The translations under genes and the position numbers were made by a program. This document shows positions 27,066 through 36,551 of a stretch of DNA of 64,000 nucleotides, one piece after another (position 1 is the stretch's first letter; each line of letters begins with the position of its first letter). Location of the stretch: positions 52,369 to 116,368 of the IMG/VR virus record IMGVR_UViG_3300016744_000005; one strand, given 5' to 3'. The DNA comes from a virus. Lineage: Duplodnaviria; Caudoviricetes. Under the pieces are notes generated by a model. That model did no database searches, had not been told where the DNA came from, and saw only the letters and a program-made list of their open reading frames with translations.

Positions 27066-30000
27066 ATGGCGGGTTATGCATATCCGTTTGATAGTACTGG
27101 GTTAGCTAGTACAAATGTCATTACTGCCGAGGTACATGACCTCGCCAATTACACCAATGCGTATCGTTGTTTAATTCCAATCGCTGCACCTTTCTATCGT
27201 GATGATTTATTAGTCAAACACAAAGACACAGGACGTATCTTAACAGAAGGGTTGGATTTCTTTTTAGGCTATTACTATAAAGAGTTATCTGACTCTACCC
27301 GCCGTGGCGTATACGGCGGGATATGTTTTGGCGATACTACGCTAGTAGGTAAAGTAGAGCTAGTCCGCTACCATACCGTAGGCGGTCAATATTTACAACG
27401 TAAGAAAGATATCGATAATTGGTTAGCTGGTGAGCCTATGGCTGACCCGCGTAACATCGATTTTGCAGCAGTGTTGAAATGGCCTAGAGTAGTAGAGCCT
27501 TTTGATGAACCTACGACCATGCAGGAAGCGTTGGTGATTGATCCAGTATTGCGTAGTATCGACGCACTGGTTAATCGGGTAGAGGAGTTAGTTGCAGAAG
27601 AGAAAGTTAAATTCGCTGCAGTGATGTCAGCGATGCGACCAGTTACTAAGAAAATAGTTGATTATAAATTTGATGGTCACTATTACGGTACTGATCCTCA
27701 TGAGAATACCTATATCCAACTAAATGCATTAGGTAAAACTCAAACTGCCGCGAATGCTATCGTGGCATACGGTAAAACATTGGCTGAGTTGATTACGTTA
27801 ATCAACAAAATCGGTATCACACCAACTAATGTAGCACAGTACTATCCCTTAATAGGTGGTTTATTTGAAGGTAGGCTTACTTTCAATTCAGCTAGCACTA
27901 TTCAGATACGTAATACTACCGGTATGTCATTAATTGATTTAAGTAGTAGTCAATTGTTGATCAGTGCTAATGGTAATCTCCAGCAGATCTCTGATGCAGA
28001 TAAAAATGAATCTACCATGGGCGCTCTGTTAGAGGCTGGTAATAATACATTATCGGTGCACTCTAGCGGTACTGGTAAAAACAATAACCATGGATTGTGG
28101 AATGGACAGATATTAATCCATGCGGGTAACATCAGCCAATTCGTTACTACCCAGCAAACTAATGCTACTTTAGAATTAGTGGTAGGGAGCTCACCTGAGG
28201 TCGAATTAACTGGGGATGGTACGACTGCAGATCCAATCCAGGCTGATACATCATTAATCCAAGCCACTACCGCAGTAGCCGGTTTAGCACGTTTATCATC
28301 TGTGTTAAATGCTAATACCACTACCACGGTGGTTAGTAATGAAGCATTAGCACTAGCTGCTGCACAGATAGCTAAATATGTTCCCAATACCCGAACAGTA
28401 GGCGGTAAAGCACTAACTGGTAATATTACCCTGGATAAATCAGTGATCGGTTTATCCGCAGTTAATAACACTGCAGATACCGATAAGCCGGTATCTACTG
28501 CGTTCCAAGCGGCAGTAGCGGATAAAGCATTAGTGGACCACGATCACGTGTGGGGTGATTTAACCTCAGTGCCGTGGGCGACTACTGACGATGCTGGTAT
28601 CGCGATGCTCCACACCAGTATCGCTACTGGGTCGTTAACACCAACGAATAAATTTCTATCTACTCGTAGTGCGGCTATGATTTACGGCAGTAGTGTAACA
28701 CCGCTAAACGCGTATGCAGTAGAGACTCCGCAGAATCTATCGGAATTCCCGATCTTTGAATGGGGTAAATATACACCGGACGGTAAATATACTCCAGGTA
28801 TATATTACGAATCTATTACTGGTTGGGTAATCGAGTTTTTAGAGTTCCGCACTATCGGTGATACTTGGGATTATCGTAAATCTACACTGGATTTAGCCAC
28901 GGTGTGGTTTGCTGATGAGGGTACGCCAGCCAATCGTACGGTGTACCTGTATATGACTAGTAGTCAGGATTTAGTGGGAGTAGAAACCCGTACACCAGAT
29001 TCTGACAGTATGTCTTATATTGGAACTGTCACTACCAACGCCACTACGGTCGCCACGTGTACTATCGAACCACTGTATCGGATTATGAATGTCTCTGAGT
29101 TGATGAAACATATCGACTCTACGACTGCGCACGGTAACTTACGGTACGATAAAGTTCGATATGGGTTATCCAATATCGAAAACAAACCACTGGTACACAC
29201 TGTAGTGAAACCAACCTTCGCTGATGTGTTTAATACATGGTACCGGTTCTCTCATCTATCGAGTAATCCATATCCAGCCGTGGCTAGCGAAATCAATTCA
29301 TGGGCGTATAATAGTGCCACTGATTCGATTACTACCGATATTAACTCGACTAGCTATATCGGGTTTGTTAGTAATGATGTTATTGGTGACTATGAGTTTG
29401 ATACTGCGGTATCATCTACTAACACGGATGACGACTCGATTGGTATCGTAATTGGATTTTACAAAGATCCAACCACTGGTAAAGAGCATACGCTATCACT
29501 GCTAAAAGTATTATCACGTGATTCAGCTAGTATGCAATGGTCCATTCGATTAGTGTACAATATGTTGCAATCAGATGCTTGGGATATTGCCCTGGAAGGT
29601 TCTAAATCTAACTATGGCTGGTCTACTGTAGGTGAGTGTCGTTTACGCGCTATTCGTAGTGGCGATATTTATAATCTAGAAGCTTATGGCTTGCAGGTAT
29701 TCAACGGTGGTGCTTTAGAGTGGACGCGTACCCTGGATTTAAACTCAGATCCGCGATTAGCTGTATTTAAAGGTACTACTCGATATGGCTACGCTTGTCA
29801 ATCTCAGGCGTTTTCAACCTTTCGTTCTATCACTCGTCCAGATGAAGACTTACGTAATCAGTATGCGTCAGAACAGACTGTTAAAAATCTACTGACGTCG
29901 ATGGAATCTAGTATCTCTATCACCACTGGCGTAGTAGCACAAGGTGGATTAATACCTCCACCAGCTGGTTTTACTGCAGCACAGTGTACATTCCATCTCG

Positions 30001-30155
30001 TACCACGGTCACTGAGTTTAGCGGTAGCTACTGCGTTAGAAATGTTTGAGTGTTATGCAGACGCTACTGGTTTAGCTACTATACGTGGTAAGCTCGTCGC
30101 AGACGCCACCTGGGTAGCTGGTACTGCAACCTATTACTGTATTGGGAGAAAATGA
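27066..30155 (+). CDS. Tail fibre paralogue 3
   Basis: 1029 aa; same N-terminus; C-terminal domain closely matches that of 16783-23694. Confidence 0.8.
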   Translation: MAGYAYPFDSTGLASTNVITAEVHDLANYTNAYRCLIPIAAPFYRDDLLVKHKDTGRILTEGLDFFLGYYYKELSDSTRRGVYGGICFGDTTLVGKVELVRYHTVGGQYLQRKKDIDNWLAGEPMADPRNIDFAAVLKWPRVVEPFDEPTTMQEALVIDPVLRSIDALVNRVEELVAEEKVKFAAVMSAMRPVTKKIVDYKFDGHYYGTDPHENTYIQLNALGKTQTAANAIVAYGKTLAELITLINKIGITPTNVAQYYPLIGGLFEGRLTFNSASTIQIRNTTGMSLIDLSSSQLLISANGNLQQISDADKNESTMGALLEAGNNTLSVHSSGTGKNNNHGLWNGQILIHAGNISQFVTTQQTNATLELVVGSSPEVELTGDGTTADPIQADTSLIQATTAVAGLARLSSVLNANTTTTVVSNEALALAAAQIAKYVPNTRTVGGKALTGNITLDKSVIGLSAVNNTADTDKPVSTAFQAAVADKALVDHDHVWGDLTSVPWATTDDAGIAMLHTSIATGSLTPTNKFLSTRSAAMIYGSSVTPLNAYAVETPQNLSEFPIFEWGKYTPDGKYTPGIYYESITGWVIEFLEFRTIGDTWDYRKSTLDLATVWFADEGTPANRTVYLYMTSSQDLVGVETRTPDSDSMSYIGTVTTNATTVATCTIEPLYRIMNVSELMKHIDSTTAHGNLRYDKVRYGLSNIENKPLVHTVVKPTFADVFNTWYRFSHLSSNPYPAVASEINSWAYNSATDSITTDINSTSYIGFVSNDVIGDYEFDTAVSSTNTDDDSIGIVIGFYKDPTTGKEHTLSLLKVLSRDSASMQWSIRLVYNMLQSDAWDIALEGSKSNYGWSTVGECRLRAIRSGDIYNLEAYGLQVFNGGALEWTRTLDLNSDPRLAVFKGTTRYGYACQSQAFSTFRSITRPDEDLRNQYASEQTVKNLLTSMESSISITTGVVAQGGLIPPPAGFTAAQCTFHLVPRSLSLAVATALEMFECYADATGLATIRGKLVADATWVAGTATYYCIGRK

Positions 30156-30550
30156 TGTTTTATGGATTTGATATAACTACGAACCGCTGTTTATTTACAG
30201 CGAGTGGTGAGATCACTGCACCTGCGAACACGCGGGTGGTGGAGGGGGATTGGGGCGACGATATTCTGATGCTGGAATACGTGCAACTAGATGAGTCTAA
30301 CTACACCGTACGTACGCGTGAGTTGACTACAGAGGAGTTAACTATCGAAGCTACTGCTAAGCGTTACAATGGCTTACAGTGGGCCTCTGAACAACTATCG
30401 ATCTTAAACGATATTAAAGAGTTCAGTAGTGGTGTAAATCCTGCATTAGATAACAAAATTAATGCCCTACGCAAGTATCGTGTGGATCTCTATGCTATCG
30501 ACCCTACCAAACCACAAGAAATCTTATGGCCTGAGACCCCTATCATTTAA
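30152..30550 (+). CDS. Tail fibre assembly chaperone (Tfa-like)
   Basis: C-terminal LRKYRVDL..ID......WPETP signature; ATGA overlap with the fibre gene. Confidence 0.8.
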   Translation: MMFYGFDITTNRCLFTASGEITAPANTRVVEGDWGDDILMLEYVQLDESNYTVRTRELTTEELTIEATAKRYNGLQWASEQLSILNDIKEFSSGVNPALDNKINALRKYRVDLYAIDPTKPQEILWPETPII

Positions 30551-30554
30551 GGAG

Positions 30555-30575
30555 CGAGGAGGCAGACCCTCCTCG
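30555..30575 (+). promoter_or_regulatory. Intra-operon hairpin containing GAGGAGG
   Basis: cgaggagg / cctcctcg, ending 12 nt before the next ATG. Confidence 0.45.
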
Positions 30576-30586
30576 ATATCGACCCT

Positions 30587-32290
30587 ATGAGCATCAGAAA
30601 GATTTTATACCCTCTGGATTTTAGTGGTACTGCCACCAGTAATCGCATCGAGGGTGAGTTAAAAACGATCGGTGTAGATCGTTATCGTGCATTTACTTTA
30701 AACTTTGCACCGTTCTTTACTAACACACTAACTATTAAAGAGCGTGGTAAAACTAAACTGCTAGTACGTGGTACCGACTATGAGTGCCTGTACTTTTATC
30801 CAGAGTTAACTAAGTTAGCCGCTGGTAAAGAGGTTTGCGGTGTAGTCGTTATTACTAATGCTGCCATCGGTATTGATTTAGAAGTCGGCTATAACACCGT
30901 AGGTGGACACTATGCACACAGTGCAGATGTGATCCAGATGGCGATTACTGCGTTAGAGTTAGATAATCGTAACGTCTACTGGGAAGATGTAATCGATACC
31001 CCTACGTTGTTCCAACCAGCACCGCATATGCATGACATCGGTGATGTATATGGGATGGAGTTTCAGATCGATGCGTTAGTCGCATTACGTGAAGCTATTT
31101 TGGTGGGTGACAATGCTGTACATCAACAGATCTACGATCGCATTGATAACGTAGTACTGTCGCTAACGACGATGTTAAATGCACATCGTGCTGATATCGC
31201 TAATCCACACAAAACCACTGCTCATCAGGTAAACGCGTATACACGTGAAGAGATAGATACAGAGATCGCGGCGATCATGTCAGATCTGGCTGATTTAGAG
31301 CCACGATTCCAAGCTATCGCGACTACCTTTACCCAGATCCAGCAGCAGTATACCTCAATGACTAGTTCGCTAGCGGCATTGAGTACTCGCGTAGGGACAG
31401 TGGAAAATGAACAGAGTAAATTCTATTTACTGTTAGCGACCATTAACCAGACCTTAGCAGCGCACCAGGTCAGTATCGATGCGATTTATGTAGAAATTAC
31501 CGCATTAAAAGCAAAAGATGCTAATCTGCAAACGCAGATCGATGGGTTAAAGACTCGTGCCACTAATATCGAGGCTAAGAACGTCGAGCAAGATGATCGC
31601 TTAGACGATATCGAGTCTTTGAACACTACGCAGAATACTCGTTTAGATGCGATCGAAACTAAGAACACTGTACAAGATAGTCGATTAACTGCACATGATA
31701 ACACACTCACCTTACATACTAACGCACTTGGTTTATTAGCAACACGTGTCACGAATACGGAAACTAAGAACTCGAATCAGGATGCCAGTATATCCAATCT
31801 CTGGACCAATGTAACCGCACATGGTAATGCAATAGTATTATTGCAGCAGCAGGCAGCAGATGCAGATACACGTGTAATAGCATCGTATGCAGCTAAAGAA
31901 AAAATTTCTATCTCGCGCGGTGCGATCAAAACATGGTATACTATAAATATACCTGCATCTACTAAACCAAAGTATATATCAGGGTATTTCGAAGTTAGTC
32001 CTATCATAAACCAACTTCTTGGTTATCGAGCGATAACCAAATGTCAAGTTAGATTAGACGATGTGGTCATGGCAGAAGATTATGTAATGCCTTCGTACTA
32101 TGTAAATGGCGATGGATCTAATAATGATGCGGCTGCATTGATTGCTCAGGTACCATTTCATGTATATTTATCTGCTGGCATCGCACACAATATATCGTTT
32201 GTGCAGGCTAGTACTGCCGATCTGCAATACGGCAGTACTGGTAATACTGTGGCGTATAAATGCATCATACATCCATCTATAATCGCCTAA
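30587..32290 (+). CDS. Tail fibre paralogue 4 with trimeric coiled-coil stalk
   Basis: 567 aa; YPLDFSG..APFF start; N..Q(D/N).RL repeats; beta-rich C-terminal domain. Confidence 0.8.
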   Translation: MSIRKILYPLDFSGTATSNRIEGELKTIGVDRYRAFTLNFAPFFTNTLTIKERGKTKLLVRGTDYECLYFYPELTKLAAGKEVCGVVVITNAAIGIDLEVGYNTVGGHYAHSADVIQMAITALELDNRNVYWEDVIDTPTLFQPAPHMHDIGDVYGMEFQIDALVALREAILVGDNAVHQQIYDRIDNVVLSLTTMLNAHRADIANPHKTTAHQVNAYTREEIDTEIAAIMSDLADLEPRFQAIATTFTQIQQQYTSMTSSLAALSTRVGTVENEQSKFYLLLATINQTLAAHQVSIDAIYVEITALKAKDANLQTQIDGLKTRATNIEAKNVEQDDRLDDIESLNTTQNTRLDAIETKNTVQDSRLTAHDNTLTLHTNALGLLATRVTNTETKNSNQDASISNLWTNVTAHGNAIVLLQQQAADADTRVIASYAAKEKISISRGAIKTWYTINIPASTKPKYISGYFEVSPIINQLLGYRAITKCQVRLDDVVMAEDYVMPSYYVNGDGSNNDAAALIAQVPFHVYLSAGIAHNISFVQASTADLQYGSTGNTVAYKCIIHPSIIA

Positions 32291-32307
32291 TAAATGGAAT
32301 ACTTATC

Positions 32308-32928
32308 ATGAAAATTACTAAATTATCTGACTTTACTCGCGAATCTATCATTCGTCGAGTGTGTGCGGTAGAGGCAGGGTATGTAAATAACCCTGCCGAT
32401 ACTGGTGGTGAAACTAACCACGGGATTACTGCTGCTACTGCTGCTGAGTTTAAAGCTGCTCTAGTAGCTAAATACCGCTGGGACGGTACTATGCGTAACC
32501 TTACTGAAGAGATGGCTATTTATATCTTCCAAGTGGGTTGGTGGGATCGACTCCACTGCACTGAGTTACTCGCAGTACATCCATTCATTGCTGATCGTAT
32601 CTTTGACTTTGGTGTCAATGCAGGTCGTGGTGCTGCTAGTACTAATCTCCAACGTATCCTGAACGTTATGAACCGCATGGGACAGGATTACCGTGATATC
32701 TCCACCCAAGGTGGTATCGGTCCTGAGACCCTCGGTGCGTTAAAAGCATATGTAGCTAAACGTGGTAAAGACGGGATACTAAATCTAATCCAACTCCTGA
32801 TCGATTTGCAAGGTGCACACTACGTCCAAGTAGCCGAAAAACGTGAGCTCAATGAAACGTTTATGTCTGGCTGGACTACTCGTGTGCGTGAAGCCAATCA
32901 AACCTATCAGGCGATCTTACAGGGGTGA
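32308..32928 (+). CDS. Glycoside hydrolase family 108 endolysin with C-terminal PG-binding_3 domain; start revised to 32308
   Basis: EAGYVNNPADTGGETNHGIT, FDFGVNAG, LQR.LN, G.IGP.TL, NETFMSGW. Confidence 0.9.
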   Translation: MKITKLSDFTRESIIRRVCAVEAGYVNNPADTGGETNHGITAATAAEFKAALVAKYRWDGTMRNLTEEMAIYIFQVGWWDRLHCTELLAVHPFIADRIFDFGVNAGRGAASTNLQRILNVMNRMGQDYRDISTQGGIGPETLGALKAYVAKRGKDGILNLIQLLIDLQGAHYVQVAEKRELNETFMSGWTTRVREANQTYQAILQG

Positions 32929-33284
32929 TTATGCCAGCTTATCGTTTACCACCACCAGATGTACGATTCCTCTCTTCTGAGAATCTTTTTGTATTACTCT
33001 CGGATTATCGTACTCCTGAAGTTACTGTACCCTGTGGCTTTAAAACCGATGGGGCCTCCGTACCACGTATCCTGCAGAATATCTTTCCTGCAGTGTATAA
33101 GTACTTCCCTGCCTGTATAGTCCATGACTATATGTACTCAGGTTTACTCCCGAATACTAAACGTCAAGCTGATGATCTGTTTGACACTAATCTAAAACGA
33201 TTAGGGATCTCTAGCTGGTATCGTATCCCGATGGTCGCCGCAGTGCGGTTGTTCGGCGGTAGTAATTTTAAGGCAAAAAAATAG
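32925..33284 (+). CDS. DUF1353 family protein
   Basis: VP.GF.TDGASVP, A.IVHDYMY, AD.LF, AVRLFG. Confidence 0.85.
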   Translation: MIMPAYRLPPPDVRFLSSENLFVLLSDYRTPEVTVPCGFKTDGASVPRILQNIFPAVYKYFPACIVHDYMYSGLLPNTKRQADDLFDTNLKRLGISSWYRIPMVAAVRLFGGSNFKAKK

Positions 33285-33303
33285 CAGTACTGAAAACACA
33301 TAT

Positions 33304-33333
33304 AGAGCTAGTAGCCCGAGGGCTACTAGCTCT
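33304..33333. terminator. Bidirectional hairpin ending the tail operon
   Basis: 14-bp arms agagctagtagccc / gggctactagctct; TATG on both flanks. Confidence 0.8.
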
Positions 33334-33342
33334 TATGCAGTA

Positions 33343-33534
33343 TTATGGATTTAGTGGTATTATTATCTCACTAATATTACCTTTACGTGTCATGGAAATA
33401 GTGCGGGTTTTAGCGACGTGATCATTAGTTTCTGTAAGCTGTTCATAATTCCCTAATTCGACATCTGTGGCGAAATCATTTAACCAGTCAATCATTAATT
33501 TCTTTACATCAGCCGATAGTTTATCATTATTCAT
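33343..33534 (-). CDS. Hypothetical protein
   Basis: 63 aa; GGAG RBS. Confidence 0.65.
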   Translation of the reverse strand: MNNDKLSADVKKLMIDWLNDFATDVELGNYEQLTETNDHVAKTRTISMTRKGNISEIIIPLNP

Positions 33535-33562
33535 AATAGATATTCTCCATGTGTAGTATGTA

Positions 33563-34750
33563 TTAACTGATCGACTGACGTACGGTAGGAATTACGGAGA
33601 TAAAACAAATCTCCGCACTGTATTCAGGACGTTCTAATACTGGCCGCGATTGCAGCTCGGTAATGAACTTAGTCAGTTGTTCCTGAGCCATTATCGCTTC
33701 ATTTTCATACATAGATGAATTTTCAAACGGTACGAATTCTACAGTATTTAATAATTCAATTACATCGTCGCGTACCGAAATGCCAGGTATAGTGATATCC
33801 ACATGCATCGAGATATCATTGATCCACCCTAAACGCGAACCGGTGAAACGCATCGCGACGCGCCCACAGCCATTGATATTCAGTTGATATGCTGGTTCTT
33901 TACGCAGGTTAGCCGGAGGTGCAACATGTGCCGGTACTTCACATACTACACCACGGTCACCATAAATATCAGTAATTTTAGAATCGATCGTGATGTCACG
34001 ATTTTTGATAACTTCAGATAAATCGGAAAATCCAATAGCGATTGCAGTTGGGTTAGTGTCAGTCATAGTAGTAACTCCATTGGATAGATTATTAACGAAA
34101 GCATTATAAATGCGTGTTCGGTTTGTAATAGATTGCATTACAGGGATCAGCAGTGGTACGCGCGGTTCGTCGACTTTACGGCGCTCGCACGCCTGTTTAT
34201 AAACCAGTAGTAACTGTTCTACATTAGCACACCATGTAGGCTGAGTTTTACAGAGTTGAATGGTTTCGATCACATCCTGCATCAACATGTTAATATAACG
34301 AACAGTTCTCATCCACTGTAACGCTAAATGTTGTTCACCAGTGAGATATTTGTTTAGCTCAATAATGCCATATTGTAGCCGCCCCAGGAGTTCGATATCG
34401 CCAAGGCCAGGTTTCGATTCATAGGTGTCTCGAATGTGTCGAACTTGAAGGTCTATTTTTGGATCCGACTGACACGCCATCCGTGCTACGCCCGCGTAGT
34501 AGTATTCAATTAATTCGCAGGTATTTACTTTATTTACACGACAACCCTTCAACCACGCGGTAAACCAGAATCGTTGTGATCTCGATAGATGCCAGAAAAT
34601 CATTTGTGCATTATCGGCTATTGTGGCGTCTAACAATGACTCACTTGGAAAATTAGTCAGAAAATCCTGCCACTGTTCCAATAATAGTAGTGTCAGGCTA
34701 TCATGTTCTATCTGATAGTAATGCGGTGTAAATTCGATTGGTTTAGTCAT
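33563..34750 (-). CDS. Hypothetical protein, probably two genes in frame (internal start 34066)
   Basis: 395-aa ORF with an internal GGAG-N8-ATG. Confidence 0.6.
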   Translation of the reverse strand: MTKPIEFTPHYYQIEHDSLTLLLLEQWQDFLTNFPSESLLDATIADNAQMIFWHLSRSQRFWFTAWLKGCRVNKVNTCELIEYYYAGVARMACQSDPKIDLQVRHIRDTYESKPGLGDIELLGRLQYGIIELNKYLTGEQHLALQWMRTVRYINMLMQDVIETIQLCKTQPTWCANVEQLLLVYKQACERRKVDEPRVPLLIPVMQSITNRTRIYNAFVNNLSNGVTTMTDTNPTAIAIGFSDLSEVIKNRDITIDSKITDIYGDRGVVCEVPAHVAPPANLRKEPAYQLNINGCGRVAMRFTGSRLGWINDISMHVDITIPGISVRDDVIELLNTVEFVPFENSSMYENEAIMAQEQLTKFITELQSRPVLERPEYSAEICFISVIPTVRQSIS

Positions 34751-34762
34751 TGAGAGTAGTCC

Positions 34763-35017
34763 TTATAACGTTATATATAAACCGCAGTAGATCAATCCAT
34801 AGCGGTCTTGTTGGTAGCCTATAGTAGTATCGGAACCTACCATTACACCCAGCCTATAACTAGATTCATTTAGTAATATATATTTGATTTTTATTCTGTT
34901 ACCACCATCGGTATAATGTAATATACCTGTAGCATCACGCATAAGCGCAGGAGCGTCACTCTGAGCCATAGTAGGACTAATAGCCATACCAATAGCTAGC
35001 ATTAAGTATCTAAGCAT
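34763..35017 (-). CDS. Small exported hypothetical protein
   Basis: Signal-peptide-like N-terminus; AGGAG RBS. Confidence 0.65.
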   Translation of the reverse strand: MLRYLMLAIGMAISPTMAQSDAPALMRDATGILHYTDGGNRIKIKYILLNESSYRLGVMVGSDTTIGYQQDRYGLIYCGLYITL

Positions 35018-35054
35018 CTATAACGCTCCTATGCGCTTATGCGTTCAATAGGTG

Positions 35055-35615
35055 CTAAACGCACCGGTTAACAGTATGTACCAGTTTACGATATAGCGGC
35101 ATCACTTCGTGATAGTAATCGTGTGCATCGTTAGGTTGTTCCCCAGTACCGATTAATGCATGTGCCTGTAATTTAAATTGGGCCCAACGCATTTGGATTT
35201 GGTTATACCGTTGATTTAACTCTAACGTAAAACCGTCAGACTCTATCGCATTACAGAGAGATTGTATATCGTCCATTAAGCCCTGGACTTCTACCGGATA
35301 TGGTTTAGCCGTAGCCGATGGCATAAATCGCTCGTGTAATTGTGCACACACTGCAGGATCAAATTGTACCGCTGTCGGTATATGCAACTGCATTCCCGAC
35401 ACAGCGATTGATTTTAACGTAGTGTGGCGATGGGTATCTGACAGTTTTGCCAGCACATTCACCATATGCGGTGCTACCAATCCCAACCATTCCATGAGAT
35501 ACAACCATGGTTTGGTGATATCATTAGGATCAGTTTTTAACATTAACTCAATTTGTGACTGCACATGTTTGATAGAGGTACTCACCAGTGCAGTTAATGC
35601 AACTTCATTTTTCAT
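35055..35615 (-). CDS. Hypothetical protein
   Basis: 186 aa; ATGA-coupled; AGGAG RBS. Confidence 0.75.
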   Translation of the reverse strand: MKNEVALTALVSTSIKHVQSQIELMLKTDPNDITKPWLYLMEWLGLVAPHMVNVLAKLSDTHRHTTLKSIAVSGMQLHIPTAVQFDPAVCAQLHERFMPSATAKPYPVEVQGLMDDIQSLCNAIESDGFTLELNQRYNQIQMRWAQFKLQAHALIGTGEQPNDAHDYYHEVMPLYRKLVHTVNRCV

Positions 35616-36484
35616 GCTAAAACTCCTGGGAGCCAGTGTACTGTGTGTTGGTTGTAATCTAATGCGATCGCCATCGCATCGATATCAATCTGCAGTGTGG
35701 TGTCATCAGGGAGTGTAAAATACACTTTGTCATCACTCAGATAAACCCGGTATTTATGTACCAGTTGTCCGACTTTAATTAATTCTTCCCATAGTGTATG
35801 CTCGACACCCCACACTCCGTCCAGTTGGTCGCTACTGACTTTATTGTACTGACATTGAAACGCGTAGAGTGTATCTGTACGACGTTCTCCATCACCACTG
35901 AGTAAAGATGTTATCCACGCACGCAGAGTATCTTCACACGCTAATTTTGAGCGGAATGGTAAAATCGGATTAATGTAGATGTTATTCATATCGTCTACAG
36001 TTAATATCCCCATAGCCAACATGTTCACCAGCGCGATCGCACCGCGGCAAATGCTATCACAGCGTAACAGCCCAGCATCCATTTCGGCACGATCGTAACT
36101 GTCTAAGTAGATCTCTTCTTCATCACCCATCGAGAAGTCCAAAACATCTACACCATCGCTGGAAATAATACCGTGGAAATTTTCAGTGAGTCGAATCTCC
36201 CACGGTAATGTGGTAAATCCAATCAGTGCATCTGGGGACAATTTAGTGATTTCTGACATATCCAGAATAGCATTGTATAACTGACGACTACTCCAAACGC
36301 CAGTAGTGATATTTTTAGTCAAATGAATTCGCTGTATTGAATTGTTCGCCAAAGCGATGGTTAATTCACCACTTTTATTCAGTACCATTCGCGGTATTTG
36401 TACCAACGTCTGTAACAGCTTAGTAGCGAGGACGTGGTCAGTAGTTAATAATTTTACCATTTGAATATACTCCTTTAGAGACAT
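35612..36484 (-). CDS. Hypothetical protein
   Basis: 290-aa ORF; AAGGAG suggests the second Met (MVKLL) is the start. Confidence 0.75.
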   Translation of the reverse strand: MSLKEYIQMVKLLTTDHVLATKLLQTLVQIPRMVLNKSGELTIALANNSIQRIHLTKNITTGVWSSRQLYNAILDMSEITKLSPDALIGFTTLPWEIRLTENFHGIISSDGVDVLDFSMGDEEEIYLDSYDRAEMDAGLLRCDSICRGAIALVNMLAMGILTVDDMNNIYINPILPFRSKLACEDTLRAWITSLLSGDGERRTDTLYAFQCQYNKVSSDQLDGVWGVEHTLWEELIKVGQLVHKYRVYLSDDKVYFTLPDDTTLQIDIDAMAIALDYNQHTVHWLPGVLA

Positions 36485-36490
36485 TATAAC

Positions 36491-36518
36491 GTCATCATAG
36501 CTATATAGCTATGATGAC
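36491..36518. terminator. 28-bp perfect palindrome
   Basis: gtcatcatagctat|atagctatgatgac. Confidence 0.65.
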
Positions 36519-36551
36519 TACTGTTTAGTGCTAGAATTGATTACAGGTACC

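Noticed and set aside
22672-30155. Diversity-generating retroelement acting on fibre C-termini
   Set aside because: No reverse transcriptase in the window; the similar regions differ at all base types, not only adenines; no non-coding template repeat seen
34895-34920. YTDGGNR in 34763-35017 identical to the RNase H active-site motif
   Set aside because: Codons differ, the other catalytic residues are absent and the protein has a signal peptide; most likely coincidence
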